46,309 bases of DNA from an uncultured Dehalococcoidales bacterium (GCA_964616615.1 CAZTRJ010000004.1:1-46309), one strand, 5' to 3'; shown: positions 26,533-34,600, numbered from the stretch's first letter. Numbers and translations: made by a program. Notes: generated by a model not told the origin, from the sequence alone.

Positions 26533-26655
26533 AAAGGATACAGAGCATGAGTAACCTGCGCAAGCAAGACTACTCATGCCGGGAGGCGATGCCTATGTAT
26601 TAAGAAAATGCCTTTGATATGTCAACTAAAATAAAGAGGAAAGGAGGTGATATCA

Positions 26656-26904
26656 ATGGGACTCATAGAGGAAGCTGATGTCCGAAAACTACTGCAGGAT
26701 CCGGAGTTAATGGCAGATGTAGCTAAGGCTGTGGTGGAAGACCCAGAGGCTATGGATGGGATGGCTGAAGACATCGCGGACGAGCTCTCAGAGCAGATGG
26801 AAGATGACCCAGAGTTGAGGAGAAGGATAGTCGATGCAGCAGTAGCCAGCCCGGAGTTCAAGAAGAGAATCGTAAAGAAACTAGTTGAAGAGCTCAGTGA
26901 TTAA
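26656..26904 (+). CDS. Small highly acidic helical protein (paralog family, copy C)
   Basis: ATG follows AAGGAGG with an 8-nt spacer. VRKLLQDPELMADVAKAVVEDPEAMDGMAEDIADELSEQMEDDPE. Confidence 0.55.
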   Translation: MGLIEEADVRKLLQDPELMADVAKAVVEDPEAMDGMAEDIADELSEQMEDDPELRRRIVDAAVASPEFKKRIVKKLVEELSD

Positions 26905-26992
26905 AGCGCTCAGCTAGCCCGGGCCGACCCACGGAAAACTAAGGGGAAACTCTTACACCCCAAGACTGCACGAAGGAAAGGTCTGAAATGCT

Positions 26993-27151
26993 ATGGATGA
27001 CACACAAAAAACTGATGTTGCGGCGTTGCTAAAAGATGAGTCGCTGATACAAGACCTAGTCGAGGCCTTGCTGGAGGATACGGAATTCGCAGAGGAGCTG
27101 GCAGAGGACATCGCAGACAAGCAAGAGGACGCGATAGAGGATGGACCTTAA
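26993..27151 (+). CDS. 52-aa highly acidic peptide (paralog family, copy B); below the ORF-track cutoff
   Basis: MDDTQKTDVAALLKDESLIQDLVEALLEDTEFAEELAEDIADKQEDAIEDGP*. Matches 23416-23481 at 52/66 nt. Confidence 0.45.
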   Translation: MDDTQKTDVAALLKDESLIQDLVEALLEDTEFAEELAEDIADKQEDAIEDGP

Positions 27152-27230
27152 GCCAAAAGTATGCTGATTGCAAGAGCCTCGGCCGAGCGAGAATCAGCAG
27201 ACGTCATCTACTTCAGTAAGACCAATCTGT

Positions 27231-27261
27231 GGGGGGGGGCCAATAGCGTGACTGGCCCCCC
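27231..27261. repeat. G9 homopolymer embedded in a 9-bp-stem hairpin
   Basis: G run at 27231-27239. Stem is GGGGGGCCA (27234-27242) paired with TGGCCCCCC (27253-27261), with a 10-nt loop. It lies 34 nt upstream of ATG 27295. Confidence 0.6.
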
Positions 27262-27294
27262 TTGGTCAATAGCTAGCACGCTAGGTATAGTTTG

Positions 27295-28695
27295 ATGAAT
27301 TTTGGCAAAAAAGTAGGAGAGCGCACCTATACTCTGGATAAAGCAGGACATTTTCCCGGTACAGTCCTGTCCACAGTACATCTTTATTTTGCAAGGCTAA
27401 TGAATTGGCTTGAAAAATACCTGCTACTCCTTATAATAGGTGGACTCTTATCCGGCATTGGGGTCGCAAGTATATCCCAGCCTGTGATCGATCAGGTGGA
27501 CTCTGTTATCAACGTGTTCATGAACCTGTACGAACTAGTGGCGCCGATAGCCATCTTCCTGATCCTGACCCCTAGTTTAACCAGAATCTTCTCCACCCGA
27601 AGGATGGGGAGGTTTGGTCTCTTTGTCATAGGGTGGTACGCCGTCCGTAAGGTGCTGGCTTGTCTATGGGCAATAATGTTTATTCTCGCCGTGTTTCGGA
27701 TACCCATCCTCCCTCAGGGCTCACTTTCATTGGCTAGTGGAATCAGCGAGGCGGCGAAGTCGCTAGGCGTGATGGCCATGACCAGCACCTACTTCTGGGC
27801 CATGTACGCCGCCATTGTAGTTTCGCTAATTTCAACGAGGGTCCGAATGCTAAGCCACGCCCTTGAAAGCGTTATGAACACCATTGAGGGGACAGGAAGA
27901 TATTTTATGCCGGTCATGCCTGTCTTCATGTTTGCTATCGGAGCTTATATTTATGGACTACCTGACAATGTGCAAGCACAGGTGGGACTTGAGACGGGGG
28001 CCAGTAGCGCCCTGCTCAACCTGGACATCTGGGGCTGGGCCATCAGCCCCCAGACTCCAGCTGGAATGATAACAATCTATGTGATCGGAGCTCTCTTGAC
28101 TGCCGTTGCCTGTCTCATGTGGCAACTCGTGTTTCTTTTCGTCACCAGGATTCAGGAACCCAGGTTTTCCATCTTGAGCTACTTCAAGAATTACTGGGTG
28201 AAGGTATATCCCCTGCTATGGGCTACCAGTTCCGAGGCTTTGGCTACTCCCCTGAACATCTACCTGACCAAGAAACACGCCCCCTGGGTCCGTGACGAGG
28301 TAAGGCGCTTCATCATCGGTGTTGGCAGCTATATGAACATTAACGGCACCGTCATCAATGTGTTCATTTTGGGAGCCATTGTTCTGCTCATACTGGGGCT
28401 TAATATCTCTGTCGTTGAACTACTGCTGATAGTGCCAGTGGTGATTTTAATAAGCTACGGAGTGCCAGGTATACCAGGAGAGCTAGTGCTTTTTGCTGGG
28501 CCCATGGCCACCATGCTATGCATACCGGAAGCAACGTTGCCGGTCTTCCTGGCCCTGTATCTGGGGATACAGCTAGGCCTTCCCGATTCCTTCCGGACAG
28601 GCAACAATAGTACTGACGATTTCATCGGGGCGATCCTGATGAACGCGGTTTATGAGAAGAGATTCCTAGCAGAAGAGCCAAAAGGTGAAGAGTGA
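27295..28695 (+). CDS. Multi-pass permease, distantly sodium:dicarboxylate symporter (SDF/DAACS)-like
   Basis: About 10 or more hydrophobic helices. SSEALATPL, YMNINGTVINVFILGAI and GVPGIPGELVLFAG resemble the re-entrant-loop motifs of the SDF family. Confidence 0.5.
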   Translation: MNFGKKVGERTYTLDKAGHFPGTVLSTVHLYFARLMNWLEKYLLLLIIGGLLSGIGVASISQPVIDQVDSVINVFMNLYELVAPIAIFLILTPSLTRIFSTRRMGRFGLFVIGWYAVRKVLACLWAIMFILAVFRIPILPQGSLSLASGISEAAKSLGVMAMTSTYFWAMYAAIVVSLISTRVRMLSHALESVMNTIEGTGRYFMPVMPVFMFAIGAYIYGLPDNVQAQVGLETGASSALLNLDIWGWAISPQTPAGMITIYVIGALLTAVACLMWQLVFLFVTRIQEPRFSILSYFKNYWVKVYPLLWATSSEALATPLNIYLTKKHAPWVRDEVRRFIIGVGSYMNINGTVINVFILGAIVLLILGLNISVVELLLIVPVVILISYGVPGIPGELVLFAGPMATMLCIPEATLPVFLALYLGIQLGLPDSFRTGNNSTDDFIGAILMNAVYEKRFLAEEPKGEE

Positions 28696-28718
28696 GTAAA
28701 ATACGAGGAGGCCACACT

Positions 28719-29387
28719 ATGGCGGATGCCAACACAGCGAATGAGTTGGTCGGAAACATAATCAAGGAGATATTTAAGAAGGCTGAAGAGATAGCCGAAC
28801 TACATGCGTGCCTCACCTCACCCCGAGGTAACAATTTCAGATTGTGCCTTCTCCACGCACTTGAAATTCCCTTGGACGACACGGCTATAGAAAAACTCAG
28901 GGCCGACGCGGGAATCAAAGAATACCGCCGACATCTCAACAAACTTTTGAGTTTTGGGTTAATAGGGGCGGAAGAGATTGGTGGCAGGAAACACTATATA
29001 CGTACCCCACTGGGGGAGCAAGCCGTGAATGCCCTGCGCGAATTTGAAAGAAGAATAGGCAAAGAAGCAGCTGAAGCTTTATATTCAGCGTCATTGGGTC
29101 CTAACTCAATACGTCTCTTTCTACGGGTCTACGGAGATAAAAAAGAGGCGAAGTGGGGACATTTGCAGGTCAAGTATACACCGGCTGAGATAGGTAAATT
29201 GAGTTTATTCTTACCCCGGACTATAGATGGTCTCTCAGCAGTTGACAAACTAAATGAAGCTGACCTGCTTGTCTATAAAGATGATAATTGTATCTACATG
29301 CAACCAACAAAGGCACGCAGTTTTTATCAGTACCTTCAGCAGCTGCACAGAATAGTGATGAGCTTGAGGGAGATAATCCGTCCATGA
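28719..29387 (+). CDS. Hypothetical protein with a winged-helix-like segment
   Basis: ATG follows GAGGAGG with a 7-nt spacer. YRRHLNKLLSFGLIGAEEIGGRKHYIRTPLGEQAV. Confidence 0.4.
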   Translation: MADANTANELVGNIIKEIFKKAEEIAELHACLTSPRGNNFRLCLLHALEIPLDDTAIEKLRADAGIKEYRRHLNKLLSFGLIGAEEIGGRKHYIRTPLGEQAVNALREFERRIGKEAAEALYSASLGPNSIRLFLRVYGDKKEAKWGHLQVKYTPAEIGKLSLFLPRTIDGLSAVDKLNEADLLVYKDDNCIYMQPTKARSFYQYLQQLHRIVMSLREIIRP

Positions 29388-29402
29388 AAGGGGTAGCGAG
29401 CC

Positions 29403-30842
29403 ATGATACCAGGTGAAGAACCAGTCTCAGAGTATGCCCATATTTTGAAGGACTACCTACAAAAGAGGGATAAAGCTGACCTGATACATCTTTTACAGTT
29501 TGGCAGCAAGTTTGTAGAGGAAGACATTGGTCCAGAGAGAATACTAGCTATTCACTTAGAAGTGGTGCGTGACATGATGAAAGAGCTACCAACTATCTGG
29601 AGACCTCCCCTTGTTGCCACTACTTTCGAGTGCCTTTCCAAGTCACTAACCAGCTATAGCGTTGCCAGTAAGCAGGCCCACCAGGCGGTGCAGGCGGCAG
29701 AGGAAAAGCTACAGCGGATATTTGAGTCTGTCACCGAGGGGATAACGGTTACGGATTTGAATGGGGTTATCATCGCAGCCAGCGGAAGAATACTGGAGAT
29801 ACATGGGGTCGGCTCTAAGGATGAGATCTTGGGGAAAAGCGCCTTGGAGTTCATCGCCCAGCATGACCACCAAAGGGCAATGCTAAACATACAGAAAGCT
29901 CTTGAAGAGGGGTCAGTTAGGAATATCGAATACAGTCTGCTTAAGACAGACGGCTCTCAGTTCCCCGGCGAATTAAGCACCAGTGTGCTAAAGGATCCTT
30001 CTGGCAATCCAGTTGGCTTTATCGCAATCACCAGGGACATTACCGAGCGCAAGCAGGCGGAGGAAGTGAAGAAATACATCGAGCAGCTGGAACAGGAGAA
30101 AGTCCGTCTTCAAGAAGTGGACCGCCTCAAATCCGTATTCCTGGCCAGCGTGGGCCATGAACTGAGGACACCGCTAAACTCCATTATTGGCTTCACTAGC
30201 AGAGTCCTGCAGGGCATGGCCGGGGAAGTCAACGAGGAGCAGAGAAAGCAGCTTTCCATAGTGAAGAATAGTACCAGCAATCTTCTGAGCTTAATCAATG
30301 ACATTCTGGACATATCCAAGATAGAGGCGGGAAAGACGGAGCTCTCGCTGGAAGAATTCAGCCTCAATGATGTGGTGGGAGAGGTGGTTGAGACCTTATC
30401 GCCCACGGTAAGTGAAAAGGGCCTGGAGCTTTTAACAGAAGTACCTGAAGGCATTATACTCTTCAGCGATAGGAGACGGGTAAAGCAGGTCTTGATGAAT
30501 CTGGCAAGCAATGCCGTTGAGTTTACTGACCAGGGAAGCGTAAAGATTGCAGCCAGAGTTCCAGGAGATGGTAATCTGGAGATTCGTGTCATCGATACCG
30601 GGATAGGGATAAGAAAGGAGGACATGGATAAGCTCTTCCAGCCCTTCCAGCAGATATATGTATCCCCGACGAAGAAGTACGAGGGAACCGGACTGGGTCT
30701 ATATCTCTGCAAGAAGCTGACCGACCTTCTGGGGGGCGATATCTCAGTGAGGAGCGAATATGGCAGGAGGAGCGAGTTCACCATTACCATGCCGCTGCAA
30801 TACAAGGGGAAACAAGGAAACAAAGAGAGTGCTGGTGGTTGA
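29403..30842 (+). CDS. Sensor histidine kinase (RsbU-N-like helical domain, PAS, HisKA, HATPase_c)
   Basis: H-box SVGHELRTPLNSIIGF, N-box NLASNAVEFT, G-boxes DTGIGI and GTGLGLYLC. Confidence 0.85.
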   Translation: MIPGEEPVSEYAHILKDYLQKRDKADLIHLLQFGSKFVEEDIGPERILAIHLEVVRDMMKELPTIWRPPLVATTFECLSKSLTSYSVASKQAHQAVQAAEEKLQRIFESVTEGITVTDLNGVIIAASGRILEIHGVGSKDEILGKSALEFIAQHDHQRAMLNIQKALEEGSVRNIEYSLLKTDGSQFPGELSTSVLKDPSGNPVGFIAITRDITERKQAEEVKKYIEQLEQEKVRLQEVDRLKSVFLASVGHELRTPLNSIIGFTSRVLQGMAGEVNEEQRKQLSIVKNSTSNLLSLINDILDISKIEAGKTELSLEEFSLNDVVGEVVETLSPTVSEKGLELLTEVPEGIILFSDRRRVKQVLMNLASNAVEFTDQGSVKIAARVPGDGNLEIRVIDTGIGIRKEDMDKLFQPFQQIYVSPTKKYEGTGLGLYLCKKLTDLLGGDISVRSEYGRRSEFTITMPLQYKGKQGNKESAGG

Positions 30843-30967
30843 GGACAACGACACCAACCTCTATTTAATCAAGTTCTTGAGAAAAACGAATACGAGGTCA
30901 TTGAGGCGAGGGAGGGTGCATGGGCTACATTGAAAAACCCATCAACCCGGAAACTTTAATTACCTAG
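30826..30967 (+). pseudogene. Collapsed receiver-domain relic
   Basis: Frame 1 reads RVLVVEDNDTNLYLIKFL, another frame EKNEYEVIEAREG, and a third GYIEKPINPETLIT*. The middle of the REC domain is missing. Confidence 0.55.
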
Positions 30968-31018
30968 ATACAGAAATACTCGTGAATATGCATGACTCAT
31001 CAATTGGAGGCGGAGAAA

Positions 31019-32647
31019 ATGAGGATTATTGTCGTCGATGATAGGGAAGAGGAACAGTACCTAGCGGAGACTCTGCTGAAGGGAAGTGGTTACGAGGTCG
31101 ATAAGGCTACCAATGGCGCCGAAGCCCTGGAAAAACTTTGTGCCGATGGCTTTGACATGATTATCTCCGACATTCTAATGCCGGTCATGGATGGTTACCA
31201 GCTTTGCCGCGAGTGCAAAGAGGACAAGAAACTGAGGAATATTCCCTTTGTTTTCTACACGGCCACCTACAAAGATGAAAGAGATGAGGAACTCGCCTCA
31301 AAGGTGGGAGCCGATAGGTTCATTCGGAAGCCCATTGACCCGGGGGAGTTCATAAATATTATCCAAGGCGTAATTAGAGATATGGAGGAAGGCAAGGCAG
31401 TCCCGAATAAGCAGGTTGTAGAAGCGAAGGAAGAGGTTCTTAAGCTCTACAACGAGCGTCTGGTGAAGAAGCTGGAGGAGAAGAGGCTGGGCTTGGAAGC
31501 AGAAATCATCGAGCGCCAGCGGGCGGAAGAACAGACCAAACAACTCCAAGAATATCTCCAGCTTCAAATTGACCGAATGCCTATCGGATTGATTGTTTGG
31601 GATACAGAGTTTCGCATGCAATCTTGGAATCCCGCTGCCGAGAAAATTTTTGGCTTCACCGCGGAAGAAGTGTTGGGAAAAGATCCTTACGACCTCATTG
31701 TACCAAAAGAGGTTCAACCGCAGGTGGGTGATATTTGGCGTCGACTGCTGGAAGGGGACATGACAGCGTATAGCATAAATGAGAACATAACCAAAGATGG
31801 TCGTACTATAATCTGTGATTGGTCTAACACACCACTTAAAGCTGCCGATGGCACAGTGGCAAGTGTTCTTTCCATGGTTCAAGACATTACCGGGCGCAAG
31901 GAGGCGGAGAAGAAAGCCCGTGAGGTGGAAACCTTGAAGGAGGTTGACCGGTTGCGGAGCAGACTACTGGCTAATGTCTCCCATGAATTACGCACGCCGC
32001 TGACTTCCATTAAGGGCTTTGCTACCACACTTCTTCGGTCAGATGTTAAGTGGAGTGAGGAAGACCAGCGGGATTTTCTTCAGTCCATTGACCATGAGAC
32101 CGAGCGTCTCATTCGCCTAGTCAGCGACCTGTTAGATATGTCACGCATTGAGGCTGGAGGATTGAAGTTAGACAAGTATAACTACCAGATTGCTGAGATA
32201 CTGGACTCAGCCAGCAGCAGGCTGGCTACCTTCGCCCAGCACCACCAACTGGAGGTAATAGTCCCTTCGGAGCTTCCGTCAGTGTTTGTTGACCAAATGC
32301 GCATCGGACAGGTCTTGACCAATCTGGTAGAAAACGCAGCAAAATATTCCGTGGAAGGTACGCCGATCACAATCGAGGCACAGCTTGCCGGGGATAATAT
32401 TAATATCAGTGTTACTGACAGAGGTCAGGGCATCCCGGCTGAGCTTTTGGACAAGGTGTTTGACCGCTTCTACCAGGCTGAGAGTATTGTTAGTGGTCGG
32501 AAGAGTGGGACCGGCCTGGGACTATCCATCTGTAAGGGCATTATAGAGTACCACGGCGGGAGAATCTGGGTGGAGAGCAAGCTGGGGGAGGGCTCTAAAT
32601 TCAGCTTCAGCCTGCCGGTGGGTAAAGGGGAGGAAGAGACTGCCTAA
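31019..32647 (+). CDS. Hybrid response regulator / histidine kinase (REC, coiled coil, PAS, HisKA, HATPase_c)
   Basis: MRIIVVDDREEEQ...DMIISDILMPVMDG. H-box NVSHELRTPLTSIKGF. G-boxes DRGQGI and GTGLGLSIC. ATG follows GGAGGCGGAG. Confidence 0.85.
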   Translation: MRIIVVDDREEEQYLAETLLKGSGYEVDKATNGAEALEKLCADGFDMIISDILMPVMDGYQLCRECKEDKKLRNIPFVFYTATYKDERDEELASKVGADRFIRKPIDPGEFINIIQGVIRDMEEGKAVPNKQVVEAKEEVLKLYNERLVKKLEEKRLGLEAEIIERQRAEEQTKQLQEYLQLQIDRMPIGLIVWDTEFRMQSWNPAAEKIFGFTAEEVLGKDPYDLIVPKEVQPQVGDIWRRLLEGDMTAYSINENITKDGRTIICDWSNTPLKAADGTVASVLSMVQDITGRKEAEKKAREVETLKEVDRLRSRLLANVSHELRTPLTSIKGFATTLLRSDVKWSEEDQRDFLQSIDHETERLIRLVSDLLDMSRIEAGGLKLDKYNYQIAEILDSASSRLATFAQHHQLEVIVPSELPSVFVDQMRIGQVLTNLVENAAKYSVEGTPITIEAQLAGDNINISVTDRGQGIPAELLDKVFDRFYQAESIVSGRKSGTGLGLSICKGIIEYHGGRIWVESKLGEGSKFSFSLPVGKGEEETA

Positions 32648-32648
32648 G

Positions 32649-33005
32649 ATTCTGGTTATTGAAGATGAGCTAAGCATCCAAAAACTGGTAAAAGCTAACC
32701 TGACTGCCAGCGGATATCAAGTGCTTGTGGCTGGTAATGGTGAGGAAGGCCTGGAACTGGCAGAGCTTGAACGCCCTAACCTAATCCTGCTTGATCTAAG
32801 GATGCCAGGGATGTCAGGCTGGGATGTCCTTATGGTGCTCCAGACTAACCAGAGGCTTTGGAGAATACCGGTGATTATCATGACGGCCACGGTTCCGGAG
32901 TCTGAAGAGCACAAAATCCGGGGGATGAGAGCTGCTAGCTTCCTGACCAAGCCATTCAGTGCTGATGAACTACTTCGCCAGGTGAAACAAGCATTGGGGG
33001 AGTGA
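32649..33005 (+). CDS. Single-domain receiver protein. The full domain has no canonical start codon.
   Basis: The frame reads (LPK)ILVIEDELSIQKLVKANLTASGYQVLVAGNGEEGLELAE...NLILLDLRMPGMSG...FLTKPF. The only in-frame candidates before GTG 32721 are CTG 32640, ATT 32649 and CTG 32652. Confidence 0.5.
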   Translation: MLVIEDELSIQKLVKANLTASGYQVLVAGNGEEGLELAELERPNLILLDLRMPGMSGWDVLMVLQTNQRLWRIPVIIMTATVPESEEHKIRGMRAASFLTKPFSADELLRQVKQALGE

Positions 33006-33012
33006 TGGCAAA

Positions 33013-33702
33013 ATGCATCACCTTCGTGTTCTTATTGTTGATGACGACCTAGCCATAATAAAATTCCTCCGTGCCAATCTGAAAGCTGAAGATTACGAGA
33101 CATTTACGGCAATGGATGGTGCTGAGGCCCTCCGGACCATTGAAAAGGAACTGCCCGACCTTGTAATTCTGGATATAATGATACCTAAGATAGACGGTTT
33201 TGAGGTCTGCCGCCAGCTCCGTGAGTGGTCACCGATTCCGGTTATTATGCTCAGTGCCCGGGATGATATAGAGGATAAGGTAAAGTGCCTGAACCTTGGT
33301 GCCGATGACTATATCACCAAGCCATTTGGGGTAGAGGAACTGATGGCGCGGGTTAGGGCAGTGTTCCGTCGCACCGAGGCGGTACCCACCACACCCACCC
33401 TGCCTTCCTTTGCCACCGGTAATCTCCTGATTAACTTCGTCGGAAGATGGGTTACTATCGCTGACCGCAAGGTCAAATTGACACCTACTGAATATAATCT
33501 CCTGCAAGAGCTAGTGCTCAATGCGGGAAAAGTGCTTACCCATACACACCTGTTGAATAAAGTTTGGGGCTTTGAATACAGAGATGAAAGAGAGTATCTA
33601 CACGTCTTCATCCGTCGTCTGCGGGCAAAGCTCGAGCCTGACCCAACAGACCCTAAGTATATTATCAGTGTGCCTGGTGTCGGCTATCAGTTTAAAGGTT
33701 AA
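33013..33702 (+). CDS. OmpR/PhoB-family response regulator
   Basis: REC domain (VLIVDDD...LVILDIMIPKIDG...YITKPF) plus winged helix (LTPTEYNLLQELVLNAGKVLTHTHLLNKVWG...PGVGYQF). Confidence 0.9.
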   Translation: MHHLRVLIVDDDLAIIKFLRANLKAEDYETFTAMDGAEALRTIEKELPDLVILDIMIPKIDGFEVCRQLREWSPIPVIMLSARDDIEDKVKCLNLGADDYITKPFGVEELMARVRAVFRRTEAVPTTPTLPSFATGNLLINFVGRWVTIADRKVKLTPTEYNLLQELVLNAGKVLTHTHLLNKVWGFEYRDEREYLHVFIRRLRAKLEPDPTDPKYIISVPGVGYQFKG

Positions 33703-33748
33703 GACATAGCACAAAGCCAATAGCAAATAGAGCTAAGAGTAAAGGACA
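33682..33748 (+). repeat. 67-bp direct repeat, copy 1 (the 3' end of the response-regulator gene plus downstream sequence)
   Basis: Identical at 67/67 nt to 34308-34374. Confidence 0.9.
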
Positions 33749-33769
33749 CCCCAAAAGGGTGCCTTTTTT
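33744..33769 (+). terminator. Rho-independent terminator candidate
   Basis: GGACACCC-CAAAA-GGGTGCC stem with one bulge, followed by TTTTTT (33764-33769). Confidence 0.6.
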
Positions 33770-33884
33770 ATTGCTCGAAGAGACGTTTAGAAAATGTTGA
33801 GGAGTCCCCCATAGATATTTAGCCGTTGTTTCGTATCCTAGCTATATCCTGTGACTAGGAATCGACAAAAGGAGGGTCTTAGAA

Positions 33885-34295
33885 ATGGAAAAACGTCCAC
33901 TTATTTTGGCAGTAGATGATGAGGAGAATTTGCTAAAGCTACTTCGTGTTAATCTTAAATTGGATGGGTATGATGTCATCACAGCCTCTGATGGCAGTTC
34001 AGCACTGACCATGCTGGAAGAGCAGGAGCCGGACTTGGTTATCTTGGACATGATGATGCCAGGCATTGATGGTTTTGAGGTTCTTGACCTGATACGCAAG
34101 CGCTCCAACGTTCCTGTAATCACGCTTACCGCAATATGTGAAAAAGAGATTCTGTGCGACATCCTGGACCTCGGTGCCGATGACTACATCACCAAACCTT
34201 TTAGTATGCAAGCACTTGCCGCTCGCATCAAGGTAAACTTGAGACGCACTGAGGAGGCATACCCCACAATCGCCCAGCCCTTCCTATATTATTAG
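33885..34295 (+). CDS. Receiver-only protein: an OmpR-type regulator that has lost its DNA-binding domain
   Basis: REC is intact (LAVDDEE...LVILDMMMPGIDG...YITKPF) and ends ...RRTEEAYPTIAQPFLYY*. It is followed by a remnant of a wHTH C-terminus (..GYQFKG*) lying inside the 67-bp repeat. Confidence 0.7.
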   Translation: MEKRPLILAVDDEENLLKLLRVNLKLDGYDVITASDGSSALTMLEEQEPDLVILDMMMPGIDGFEVLDLIRKRSNVPVITLTAICEKEILCDILDLGADDYITKPFSMQALAARIKVNLRRTEEAYPTIAQPFLYY

Positions 34296-34307
34296 CCTGC
34301 CTCGTTT

Positions 34308-34374
34308 GGCTATCAGTTTAAAGGTTAAGACATAGCACAAAGCCAATAGCAAATAGAGCTAAGAGTAAAGGACA
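34308..34374 (+). repeat. 67-bp direct repeat, copy 2
   Basis: Identical to 33682-33748. Ends 9 nt from the tRNA-Arg 3' end. Confidence 0.9.
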
Positions 34375-34383
34375 ATTCAAAAG

Positions 34384-34456
34384 CGCGCCTAGAGGGATTC
34401 GAACCCACGACCCTCGGTTCCGAAGACCGATGCTCTGTCCGCTGAGCTATAGGCGC
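34384..34456 (-). tRNA. tRNA-Arg (anticodon UCG)
   Basis: Hand-folded cloverleaf. Acceptor GCGCCTA/TAGGCGC, D stem GCTC/GAGC, anticodon stem TCGGT/ACCGA, loop CTTCGGA, T loop TTCGAAT. One U-U mismatch in the T stem. CCA is not encoded. Confidence 0.8.
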
Positions 34457-34465
34457 CTATAGGGG

Positions 34466-34543
34466 TGGGGTGAGTGGAGGGATTCGAACCCTCGTTCTCC
34501 AGGGCCACAACCTGGCGCCTTAAACCACTAGGCGACACCCACC
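34466..34543 (-). tRNA. tRNA-His (anticodon GUG) with encoded G-1 and CCA
   Basis: Acceptor GTGGGTG/CACTCAC, D stem GCCT/AGGC, anticodon stem CCAGG/CCTGG, loop TTGTGGC, T arm GAGGG-TTCGAAT-CCCTC. Extra 5' G opposite C73. Confidence 0.85.
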
Positions 34544-34600
34544 ATAAGTACAGATATTATAGCTAAAAACCATTACCCTTTCAATGTGTTGAGCCAACCA

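Noticed and set aside
26545-26579. 9-bp-stem hairpin (GCATGAGTA / TACTCATGC, 17-nt loop) after the E-rich gene as an intrinsic terminator
   Set aside because: It is not followed by a T-run. It overlaps a trivial 18-codon ORF and is too weak to call.
32627-32652. prfB-like programmed +1 frameshift at the hybrid-kinase stop
   Set aside because: An SD-like purine tract precedes the TAA, but the spacing (about 8 nt) does not fit the RF2 paradigm. The P-site codon (GCC) also does not allow re-pairing in the +1 frame. It is kept only as a minor alternative under the start-less receiver finding.
34384-34543. The two tRNAs as possible suppressor tRNAs or as the attachment site of an integrated element
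   Set aside because: The hand-folded anticodons are UCG (Arg) and GUG (His), not UUA. No integrase, no duplicated tRNA 3' end and no mobile genes lie nearby. The adjacent 67-bp repeat derives from the regulator gene, not from the tRNA.
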